Source: Acidobacteriota bacterium
GTDB lineage: Bacteria > Acidobacteriota > CAIWXX01
Reading direction: 5' to 3'
NCBI GenBank assembly: GCA_040755995.1
Contig: JBFMAF010000003.1
Coordinates: forward strand, 64,001 to 128,000
Length of the DNA stretch: 64,000 nt
The translations under genes were made by a program, and so were the position numbers. Below the pieces are notes generated by a model. It had not been told where the DNA came from, made no database searches, and was given only the letters and a program-made list of their open reading frames with translations. Positions 46,714-55,165 of the stretch are shown here, piece by piece. Numbering within the stretch: position 1 is the stretch's first letter; each line of letters opens with the position of its first letter.

Positions 46714-48102
46714 GTGAAACGTAAGGCCGCTGTTCTGCTGGCGCTCGTGGTTGCGTCTCTTCTGCAGGGGCAGGGCGTTGCCCGCGCATGTACCACCATC
46801 ATCGTCGGCAAGGACCGTACCGCCGACCATTCGGTCCTGATCGCTCACAACGAGGATGATGAGGGCACCGTCGTCACGCACTGCGACGTTCACCCGTCTC
46901 GGAAGGGTGGGGCTTACCAGCTCTTCAGCACCGGCAGTGTGGCCGAGCCGAACGAGACAGTCGCGTACATGGGCCCGTCGGTCTATGACAAGGCCTACAT
47001 TCCCGGCGACTACTTCGGTGGGGTCAATGCATACCAGGTCGCCGCGTACAACAATCAGGCCCCTGGCAAGTTGGGCACTCTGGACACCCGGGGCGGCGTG
47101 ATGTGGACTGAGTTCAACGAGCTCGCCATGATGCAGGCGAAGACGGCGAGGGAAGCCGTGCAGATAATGGGCCGGCTCAACGAGAGCCATGGCCTGACAT
47201 CGGATCCCGGCACCTCGTTCGGTGTGGCCGATCCCGACGAAGGCTGGTGGATCGAGATCGCCCCTGGCGGCCAGTGGGCGGCGCAACGCGTACCAGACAA
47301 CGCAGCGCAGGTCATCGCCAACTGCTACCGGATCGGCGTGATCGACTTCAAGGATCACGAGAACTTCATGTGGTCATCGAACGTGGCCGGCTACGCGCAG
47401 TCGATGGGCTGGTACGATCCGGCCAGCGGCCCCTTCAACTTCGCGCAGGCCTACGGCCTGGAATCCAGCCTGGCGGGCCCGTACAACGTGGTGCGGCACG
47501 CCATGGTCCAGCGATACCTCGACGCGCTTCCCAAGATCACGCCCCGTGATCTCATGTCGATCATGCGCTCGCACTACGAAGGAAGCGAGTACGATGTGAG
47601 CGCCCGCCAGCCGGAGAAGTTCCCGCACCACAGCACGGTACGGACGGTTTGCACCGACAGCACGCAGGCGAGCTTCGTCACTCAGCTGCGCGGCTGGCTG
47701 CCGGCTCCCATCGGCGCCGTGGTCTGGGTGTCGCAGCGCAGCCCGTGCAGCAGCGTCTTCGTGCCGTGGTACGGCGGGGTCAGCGGCTTCCCGGCGCCGT
47801 ACTCGACCGGCACAGACACTGTCCGGGAGGGCTCGGCCTGGTGGGCGTTCGAGGATCTGGCCGGGTATGTGGACGCCCACTACTCCGACACGAACGCCAG
47901 CGTGAAGGCAGGGTTTGCATCGCTCGAGCAAAGCGAGCTCGCAGAGCAGTCGACGATCGACGCCGTCGCACTCATTCTATGGAAGCAGAATCGGGGTCTG
48001 GCGACGTGGTGGATCACCAAGGCGAGCGGCGACTACGGCATGTTGGCGTACGGTCTGGCCCGATCATTGCTGGCGCAGGTCAGCCAGCCCGCACCGCGCT
48101 GA
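46714..48102 (+). CDS. Exported C69-family dipeptidase (Ntn hydrolase)
   Basis: Signal peptide then nucleophile Cys in CTTIIVGK...AHNED; RSHYEG. Confidence 0.9.
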   Translation: MKRKAAVLLALVVASLLQGQGVARACTTIIVGKDRTADHSVLIAHNEDDEGTVVTHCDVHPSRKGGAYQLFSTGSVAEPNETVAYMGPSVYDKAYIPGDYFGGVNAYQVAAYNNQAPGKLGTLDTRGGVMWTEFNELAMMQAKTAREAVQIMGRLNESHGLTSDPGTSFGVADPDEGWWIEIAPGGQWAAQRVPDNAAQVIANCYRIGVIDFKDHENFMWSSNVAGYAQSMGWYDPASGPFNFAQAYGLESSLAGPYNVVRHAMVQRYLDALPKITPRDLMSIMRSHYEGSEYDVSARQPEKFPHHSTVRTVCTDSTQASFVTQLRGWLPAPIGAVVWVSQRSPCSSVFVPWYGGVSGFPAPYSTGTDTVREGSAWWAFEDLAGYVDAHYSDTNASVKAGFASLEQSELAEQSTIDAVALILWKQNRGLATWWITKASGDYGMLAYGLARSLLAQVSQPAPR

Positions 48103-48304
48103 GCCTCCCGGCTCCGGCGGCGGAACGCGGCGCGAGTTCCGGCAGCCGCGAGGATTGCGCGCGCCCGCACTCCTCACTCCTCCCGACCGCCGCTTGTCCG
48201 GACCTGATCGGCGCCCGCCCGGCATGGCCCCCGCGCGAGGCCCACCGGAACCCCACGCGCATACAGCACGACCCATGTCGCGCTGATCAAGAGCCGGACC
48301 CCGC

Positions 48305-49270
48305 TCACACTTCGACGATCAGTCCGTCGTAGGCGAGCAGGACCTCCAGGGTGGAAGAGGATTCGTGGATGGCAAGGTACCGGCGCGTGTCTTCGAAGAA
48401 GGCATCGAGCGCCCAATCGTCGCTGGTAGGTTCGTTGTGGTAGAGACAGAGCCGTTTCACACCGGCACGCACTGCCAGCTCGACCCCAACCAGATTGCTC
48501 GAATGTCCCCAATCCTCCTTCGTGTGAATCGCTTCCTTGAGGTTGTACTGGGCGTCATAGATCAACAGGTCTGCGTTTCTGAAGAATTCCACGAACGGGT
48601 ATTCTTCATCGTCCACCTCGCTCTTATGTTCACAGTCGGTCGAATAGACGATCTTCTTCCCTTCTTTTTCGAAGCTGTATCCGTATGATGCGCCGGGGTG
48701 GTTCTGCTTGATTCCCCGCACGGTGAAACCGGCGATCCGGCATTCGCGTTCCAGATCGAGGACCGTAAACCGGATGTCGGCCTTCATCGACTTGAGAGGA
48801 ACGGGGAAGTGAGGTGCATCCTGCTGAGTCGTGAGAGCTTCCTGCAACTCATCGTGGAATCCGTAGACGTGTATTCGGTAGCCCGGAATGTACGCAGGCA
48901 CGAAGAATGGAAATCCCTGGATATGGTCCCAATGAAGATGCGACAGGAATATGTGGAAAATCTCCTGGCGTTCCCCTGCCCGGTGAGCTGCTGACCTGAC
49001 GACATGCTGACCCAGGTCTCTCAGCCCGGCACCGGCGTCGCAGATGATGTGTTCATCTTGATTCTCGATCTCGACGCATGAAGTGTTGCATCCATAGCTT
49101 CCGGCTACGGAAAATGGCAGCTCAGCATCCACAAATTCCTCGATTGACTCATGTTGCCGCAGTCCGTTCTTCTGAAACTCTCTGATCGCAGCCACTATCT
49201 TCCTGCGGACGTGTTCGTGCGTCACGGTCGATGGAAGCGAACCTCGCGTCCCCCAGAAACGAACTCGCAT
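48305..49270 (-). CDS. MBL-fold metallo-hydrolase (phosphodiesterase-like)
   Basis: FWGTRGS, GCNTSC, SHLHWDHIQG, DAQY and WGHS motifs. Confidence 0.9.
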   Translation of the reverse strand: MRVRFWGTRGSLPSTVTHEHVRRKIVAAIREFQKNGLRQHESIEEFVDAELPFSVAGSYGCNTSCVEIENQDEHIICDAGAGLRDLGQHVVRSAAHRAGERQEIFHIFLSHLHWDHIQGFPFFVPAYIPGYRIHVYGFHDELQEALTTQQDAPHFPVPLKSMKADIRFTVLDLERECRIAGFTVRGIKQNHPGASYGYSFEKEGKKIVYSTDCEHKSEVDDEEYPFVEFFRNADLLIYDAQYNLKEAIHTKEDWGHSSNLVGVELAVRAGVKRLCLYHNEPTSDDWALDAFFEDTRRYLAIHESSSTLEVLLAYDGLIVEV

Positions 49271-49384
49271 CAATCCTTCTGCCAGGCGACGGTTGTAGCC
49301 CAACCCGGTTTCAACAAGCTATATACCATACTAGAGCGGCCGAACGATTCTCAACCGGGTCCGTCCGGAAGTCCGGAAGATGCC

Positions 49385-50605
49385 TCACCGGATGAGCCCG
49401 TCGGCCAGTATGCGCTTGGCCGCCAGGTCGGCGGCCAGGTCCTGGCCGGCCGAGTTCCAGTGGTCGTTGCCGTGGCGGAAGTAGAGCGAGTCGGGATTGC
49501 TGGCGGCGTAAGGATCGTACAGATTCAGCGTGTCGATCCCATGCCGTTTCGCAAGGTCCTCGGTAAGCGTCGTCAGCCGCGTGGGTCTGTAGTTCTCGTA
49601 GACGCGCCGCTTCACTCTTGTCTCGTATGTCTTGCACACGTCGATGGGAGACGGGATGATCATCAGGAGAAGCGGCACGGAGTTGTCGTCCGAGATCCGC
49701 TTGATCCTGCCCAAAACCTGTGCCATCAGGCGCACTTTGTAGCGCGCCGAGTCGGAGGTTGGAAACAGGCTGACGTCTGCATCATAGGCGTCTCTGAAAA
49801 TCGCAAAGACCTTGTCGTTCCCACCGACGACGAAGTCCTCATAGTCCTCGGCGCACCTCCGCAGCGAATGCTCGATGTGGTTGCGTGCCAGCACGTCCGG
49901 GTCCAGGGTCCGCGCCGAGCCCTCTCCGGACGAAAGCATTCGCGCCACCAGCTGGGCTCCTCTCACCACCTGCAGGTCGCTTCGCCGCCGCGCGCCTTCG
50001 AAGTCCCGCTCGAGCGACGAATCGACTTTCCAGCTGTTCTCGACCATGCGGCCGGAGTCGTCGAGGCGGTAGAGCTTGTTCCTCAGCAGGTCACCGAAGT
50101 CGTTGCCGACGTAAATCGAGACGACGACAACTGACGGCTTGAGCGAGCCGATCTCATCTTGCATCCGGACGCTGATCTGGTCCGGCCCGTAGCCGGCAAC
50201 CCCTGCATTGATGACTTCCACGGGACTCTGCAGACCGGCGCTCAGCTTCTCCTGCAGCCGCCATGCGAAGGTCTCCTCCGTGCGCGTGTACTCCGCCTCG
50301 ATGAACGAATCGCCGTAGACCAGGACTCGCCGCGGCGGCGGCCCCGAGCCGAGCTCCGGGCCTCTGTAGCCGCTGCTGTTGATCGTCAGAAGCACCCGAC
50401 TCCTGCCCTCGTCCGTGTCCACCCACACCGTCTTGCGAGCATTTGGAATCAGCCTGTATATGCACCGCGGGTCAAGCTGATAGACCAGTCCCTGGATCGG
50501 AAACCACCGGCGCAAGAACACTTCTGTGGCCGCCAGACACACGAAGCACGACACGAGCAGTACGGCGAGATTCAACGCGGCCGCCCGCCAGTTAATCGGT
50601 TTCAC
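49385..50605 (-). CDS. Membrane-anchored SGNH/GDSL hydrolase
   Basis: YGDSF, INAGVAGYG, GND and DHWNSAG motifs. Confidence 0.85.
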   Translation of the reverse strand: MKPINWRAAALNLAVLLVSCFVCLAATEVFLRRWFPIQGLVYQLDPRCIYRLIPNARKTVWVDTDEGRSRVLLTINSSGYRGPELGSGPPPRRVLVYGDSFIEAEYTRTEETFAWRLQEKLSAGLQSPVEVINAGVAGYGPDQISVRMQDEIGSLKPSVVVVSIYVGNDFGDLLRNKLYRLDDSGRMVENSWKVDSSLERDFEGARRRSDLQVVRGAQLVARMLSSGEGSARTLDPDVLARNHIEHSLRRCAEDYEDFVVGGNDKVFAIFRDAYDADVSLFPTSDSARYKVRLMAQVLGRIKRISDDNSVPLLLMIIPSPIDVCKTYETRVKRRVYENYRPTRLTTLTEDLAKRHGIDTLNLYDPYAASNPDSLYFRHGNDHWNSAGQDLAADLAAKRILADGLIR

Positions 50606-50655
50606 TGGACCTCGGCATCATCTTCTTTGGCTGCTTGCTGAAGCCCGTGCCTTGT

Positions 50656-50695
50656 GCGGCAGACGCGGGGACGCGGCGAAGCGGAGACGCGGAGA
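50656..50695. repeat. Degenerate octamer tandem repeat (consensus GACGCGGR)
   Basis: gcggcagacgcggggacgcggcgaagcggagacgcggaga; related units at ~53172-53204. Confidence 0.6.
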
Positions 50696-50736
50696 GCCGA
50701 ACCCGGCCTCAATGCCGGCCGCGAAGAAGCCGAGAC

Positions 50737-51876
50737 TCATTCGAGCTTCAACTTCCGCTTGACCACCTTCAGGCTGGTGACGAGCGTTTCGTCGAGCGGA
50801 TCGAGGGCGTGGGCGTTCTCCCACGCATCGAGCGCCCCGGTGAAGTCGTGTTCGCGGAACCTCTCGCACCCCTCGTCGAACAGGGCGTTGAACTTCTCGC
50901 GCGACGACTCTTGAAGACGCATCTTCCGGATCGTCTCCGCGTTCAGCTTCTCTCTGGTCTCCTTCTCCACCGCGCTGTGCTGTGTGTCGATAAGTCTCTC
51001 GAGCTCCTCGCGCGATGCGCCGGCCGGAGGGTATCCGGTGCGCGTAAGAACCGTCCGCCCGTCCACGGTGACCGTTGTCACGATCTGATTCTGCGGGTGA
51101 GTCGAAAACTCGCTCTGGATCTGGAACAACCGGTTTTCGACTCGCAGGGCCGATAGGCGCCCCATCGGTCTCGGCGCGCCTCCGCCGCCACCGGCCGCAT
51201 CGGCTCCCAATGCGATCGCTGCCTGTTCCAGATCCCTGAAATCGAACGGCTGGGCGTGGATGACGAACGTGCCCGCCGTGAGATTGAACAGCCGTTCCAA
51301 GAAGTCCGCCGATTCCTCGGACGTGCTGAGGCCGAGCGTCCCACCTCGGAACTGAAGCCGCGTGTGCATGGTCGGGCTCGTCACCACAACTTCGCCGGTC
51401 AGTCCGCGACGTTTGCAGAACTGCAGCAGCTTTGCGAATGAGAAGCCCGTCAGGTCTCCGTAAAACGTCGGTGTCGTGTATCGCGTCTTCTTCTGAATCA
51501 CCGATCTCACCTTGGCCCGCAGGATGTCCAGGTGAATCGGCTTCACCAGGAAATCATCGGCTCCAAGGTCGAGCCCGAGAATCATGCTGTAGCGGTCAGA
51601 GAGTGAAGACAGAAAGACGAACGGCGTGAGGCGGTGAGGAAAACGCCGCGAATATTCGCCAAAAAACTGGAAGCCATCCATCTCCGGCATCATGACGTCG
51701 GACACAACGAGGTCCGGCTCGATCTTGTCCGCCTGTGCCAGCGCGTCGACTCCTGAAGAAGCGGCGCCGACCCGGTAGCCTTCACCCCTAAGGCCGGTCG
51801 CGATCATCTCACGTATCGGCGCCTCGTCGTCCACCAGGAGGATCCTGATCTCCCTTTTCGATTCCTGCGCTGCCAT
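50737..51876 (-). CDS. Response regulator with a DUF4388 (PATAN-like) domain and a TPR-like tail
   Basis: LLVDDE, SDVMMPEMDG and GADDFLVKP; GDLTGFSFAKLLQ...TGEV. Confidence 0.88.
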   Translation of the reverse strand: MAAQESKREIRILLVDDEAPIREMIATGLRGEGYRVGAASSGVDALAQADKIEPDLVVSDVMMPEMDGFQFFGEYSRRFPHRLTPFVFLSSLSDRYSMILGLDLGADDFLVKPIHLDILRAKVRSVIQKKTRYTTPTFYGDLTGFSFAKLLQFCKRRGLTGEVVVTSPTMHTRLQFRGGTLGLSTSEESADFLERLFNLTAGTFVIHAQPFDFRDLEQAAIALGADAAGGGGGAPRPMGRLSALRVENRLFQIQSEFSTHPQNQIVTTVTVDGRTVLTRTGYPPAGASREELERLIDTQHSAVEKETREKLNAETIRKMRLQESSREKFNALFDEGCERFREHDFTGALDAWENAHALDPLDETLVTSLKVVKRKLKLE

Positions 51877-51933
51877 GGGAATTCCATTATACAACGATCG
51901 CCGGCGGCCGGAAGGGAATCGCGACGCGGCAAC

Positions 51934-53088
51934 CTAGCGGTTGGCGGGCGATGAGGACGGCCGTGTCGAGCTGTGGAGCGTGATGCGCACGATCTCGCTC
52001 GGGCGCCACAGCCGCATTCGAGGCCCCCACGTGCCGGTGCCGCGGCACACGACCAGGCTCATCCCGCCGATCTGGCGGAGCCCTCCGGTCAAAGGGTACT
52101 GGCTGCGGACGACGTACGTGAACGGCCAGATCTGGCCGTCGTGTGTGTGCCCTGAAAGCATCAAGTCTACGCCGCTCGCGGCCGCCTGGTCCATCTTCCA
52201 CGGCGTATGCGAGATGAACACCGTGGCTCCAGCTGGTCGGCCCGAAAGCGCGTGACCGACCGCGTCGTCGGCGACGCCGAACTGGCGGCGGGCGGTCAGA
52301 TCGTCCACACCGGCGAAGACGAGTCCTGGGACGACCTCCCGCCACTGGTCTCTGAGGACGCGAAATCCGGCGTCCCCGAACACACCGAGTGAGTGTTCGA
52401 CGCCGGCGTAGTACTCGTGATTCCCCGTCACGGCCCAGACGCCGAGCGGCGCGCGCAGGCGCTGGAGCACCGGCCGGAGCGGCTCCATTTCTCGCGCATC
52501 GCCATCCACGAGATCGCCTCCTACGACGATAACGTCGGGCTTCAGCTCCTCCACCCGGTCGACCACGTTCCCCAACCAGCGCACGCCCAGCAACGACCCC
52601 ACGTGCAGGTCGGAGATATGGACCAGCACGAGCCCATCCCGATCGGCGGGCAGCCCGTCGAGCGTAATATCATAATTGGTGAGGACCGGCCGCCGCGTGC
52701 CCTGCACAACCGCGACCACCGAGAGCATCCCTGCAGCGACGACGGCTCCAGTCCTGAGCGATCCCGACGCGGAGGGCAGAAGGCGGCCGAACCCGCTGAC
52801 GACGTCCACCGCCAGAAAAGCCACCATCAGGAGAAACAGGACCCCCATCCAGTCGGCTCCCACGTATTCCAGCAAGCGACAGATGTACTTCACCCCCAGC
52901 CGGTCGAGCAGCCGTGACAGAGGATACGACGCCCACAGGAAACCCACCACAGCGATCAGCGCGCGGGTGGAAAGGTGCGACTTCACCACAGGCGTGTGCA
53001 GCAGCCGCCAGGTCACATAGACGTGCATGATCGTCCAGATGCCGAGGACGATCGTCAGAAAAACCACGAAACGCCATGTCTGGCTCAT
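51934..53088 (-). CDS. Membrane-bound metallophosphoesterase (YkuE/YaeI-like)
   Basis: SDLHVG, GDLVD, TGNHE and SGHTHDGQ motifs; N-terminal TMs. Confidence 0.92.
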   Translation of the reverse strand: MSQTWRFVVFLTIVLGIWTIMHVYVTWRLLHTPVVKSHLSTRALIAVVGFLWASYPLSRLLDRLGVKYICRLLEYVGADWMGVLFLLMVAFLAVDVVSGFGRLLPSASGSLRTGAVVAAGMLSVVAVVQGTRRPVLTNYDITLDGLPADRDGLVLVHISDLHVGSLLGVRWLGNVVDRVEELKPDVIVVGGDLVDGDAREMEPLRPVLQRLRAPLGVWAVTGNHEYYAGVEHSLGVFGDAGFRVLRDQWREVVPGLVFAGVDDLTARRQFGVADDAVGHALSGRPAGATVFISHTPWKMDQAAASGVDLMLSGHTHDGQIWPFTYVVRSQYPLTGGLRQIGGMSLVVCRGTGTWGPRMRLWRPSEIVRITLHSSTRPSSSPANR

Positions 53089-53211
53089 AGAGACATTCTA
53101 CGCGAATCGCGGCCTCTGAGTTCTAATGGCTGCCAATTGTCGCAGGGCATCCTTGTGCCCACTTGCGACCAACGCGGAGACGAGCTGACACGGGGACGCG
53201 GAGAAGGGCTT

Positions 53212-53240
53212 TTGAAATCGGCCGGGCTACTCGGTAGAAT
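53212..53240 (+). promoter_or_regulatory. sigma70-type promoter of glmS
   Basis: TTGAAA-N17-TAGAAT. Confidence 0.65.
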
Positions 53241-53272
53241 CGTCGGATGCAGGTGGAGGAAGTGAGGCATCA

Positions 53273-55096
53273 ATGTGCGGAATCATAGGGTACATCGGTT
53301 CGCGCGAAGTCGCGCCGGTGCTGATCGAAGGATTGAAGAGACTCGAGTACCGTGGCTACGATTCGGCGGGGATCGCGGTTGCACAGGGAGGCCGGCTGTC
53401 GGTCTGGCGGTCGAAGGGCAAGATCGCCGATCTCGAGTCGCAGGTCGACGGAAAGGATCTCCGCGGCTCCGTGGGGTTGGGGCACACGCGATGGGCGACA
53501 CACGGCCGCCCGAGTGAAGAGAACGCGCATCCGCACCGGGACTGCACCGGTGCCATCGTGGTCGTTCACAACGGCATAATCGAGAACTACCTGGATGTGA
53601 AGCGTTCGCTCATCGCCGAGGGGCACACGTTCCGAACGGAAACCGACACGGAGGTGATCGCGCACCTGGTTGAGAAGCACTTCCGCGGAAGCCTCGCAGA
53701 AGCGGCCGCGGCGGCCGTCCGCGAGCTCGATGGGATGTTTTCCTTCGCGGTGCTGAGCGCCGCTGACCCCGGCGCCATCGTCGCGGCCCGCAACGGGCCT
53801 CCGCTGGTACTGGGCATTGGCGAACAGGAGAGCTTCGTTTCGTCGGATGTGGCGGCGGTCCTGCCATACACCCGCCGGGTGGTGTTTCTGAACGACCGAG
53901 AGTTGGCCGTCGCGACTCGCTCCGGATGCAGCGTCGCTACGTTCGACGGAACCGCCGTGCAGCGCGAGCCGCAGGCGCTGCGGTGGGACCCGATCATGAT
54001 CGAGAAGGGCGGATATCGGCACTTCATGCACAAGGAGATCCACGAGCAGCCCGGCGCCATACGCGAAACGTGCAACGAGCGGATCTCGCTCGACACCGGT
54101 CAGGTGTTCCTCGACGAGACGGCCCTGACCCCAGCCGCCGTCCAACGGCTTCGCGGTGTGAGCCTCATCGCTTGCGGCACCTCGTGGCACGCGGCCCTGG
54201 TCGGCAAGTTCTATGTCGAGCAGATCGCCCGGATCCCATGCGAGGTCGACTACGCGTCAGAATACCGCTATCGCCAGCCACTCACGGACGATCGCGTCCT
54301 GACGGTCGTGATCACCCAGTCCGGCGAGACCGCCGACACCCTTGCCGCGCTGCGCGAGGCCCGCGGCCGGGGCAGCCACGTGGTGGCGATCTGCAACGTC
54401 GAAGGGAGCATGGCTGTGCGGGAGAGTCACGGCAAGCTCCTGACCCACGCCGGACCCGAGATCGGCGTTGCATCCACAAAGGCGTTCACCTCCCAGCTCG
54501 TCGCCCTTTACATCCTCGCGCATTATCTGGGCCAACAGAAGGGCACGTTGACACCCGCGGAGTCCCTCCCGGCCCTGACGCAGCTCGCGCGAATTCCGCA
54601 CGACGTCGAAATCGCCTTGCATCGCGAGAAGGATGTTGAGGAGCTGGCGCGCAAGTTCTTCCGAGCCTCGAACTTCCTCTACATCGCCCGCGGGATCAAC
54701 TACCCGGTGGCGCTGGAAGGCGCCCTGAAGCTCAAGGAGATCTCTTACATTCACGCCGAGGGCTACCCGGCCGGAGAGATGAAGCACGGGCCGATCGCTC
54801 TGATCGACGAGGACATGCCCGTGGTGGTCATCACGGCGAACCGCGGGCTCGCGCAGAAGACGGCGAGCAACATGCAGGAGGTGAAGGCAAGGAACGGGAT
54901 CCTGATCGCCGTAGCTAGCGACGATCAGGACGGCACGGGCGCGGACCACGTCCTGCGCGTGCCGGCGACCAGCGACCTGCTGTCGCCGATCGTCGCCGTC
55001 GTGCCGCTGCAGCTGCTCGCCTACCACGTCGCGCTTCTCCGCGGCTGCGACGTAGACCAGCCGCGCAACCTGGCCAAGAGCGTGACGGTGGAATAG
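53273..55096 (+). CDS. glmS: Glutamine-fructose-6-phosphate transaminase
   Basis: MCGIIG, LEYRGYDSAG, QSGETADT and PRNLAKSVTVE motifs. Confidence 0.98.
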   Translation: MCGIIGYIGSREVAPVLIEGLKRLEYRGYDSAGIAVAQGGRLSVWRSKGKIADLESQVDGKDLRGSVGLGHTRWATHGRPSEENAHPHRDCTGAIVVVHNGIIENYLDVKRSLIAEGHTFRTETDTEVIAHLVEKHFRGSLAEAAAAAVRELDGMFSFAVLSAADPGAIVAARNGPPLVLGIGEQESFVSSDVAAVLPYTRRVVFLNDRELAVATRSGCSVATFDGTAVQREPQALRWDPIMIEKGGYRHFMHKEIHEQPGAIRETCNERISLDTGQVFLDETALTPAAVQRLRGVSLIACGTSWHAALVGKFYVEQIARIPCEVDYASEYRYRQPLTDDRVLTVVITQSGETADTLAALREARGRGSHVVAICNVEGSMAVRESHGKLLTHAGPEIGVASTKAFTSQLVALYILAHYLGQQKGTLTPAESLPALTQLARIPHDVEIALHREKDVEELARKFFRASNFLYIARGINYPVALEGALKLKEISYIHAEGYPAGEMKHGPIALIDEDMPVVVITANRGLAQKTASNMQEVKARNGILIAVASDDQDGTGADHVLRVPATSDLLSPIVAVVPLQLLAYHVALLRGCDVDQPRNLAKSVTVE

Positions 55097-55125
55097 ATTT
55101 CAGATCTCAGATTTCAAATTTGAGA
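55095..55125. repeat. Heptamer tandem repeat (AGATTTC-like) x4
   Basis: agatttc agatctc agatttc aaatttg aga, directly after the glmS stop. Confidence 0.7.
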
Positions 55126-55165
55126 GGGCGCCTCGTCGGTACGAGGCCGCGCCTCCGAGGATTGA

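Noticed and set aside
53241..53272. glmS ribozyme
   Set aside because: The predicted leader is only ~25 nt, far too short.
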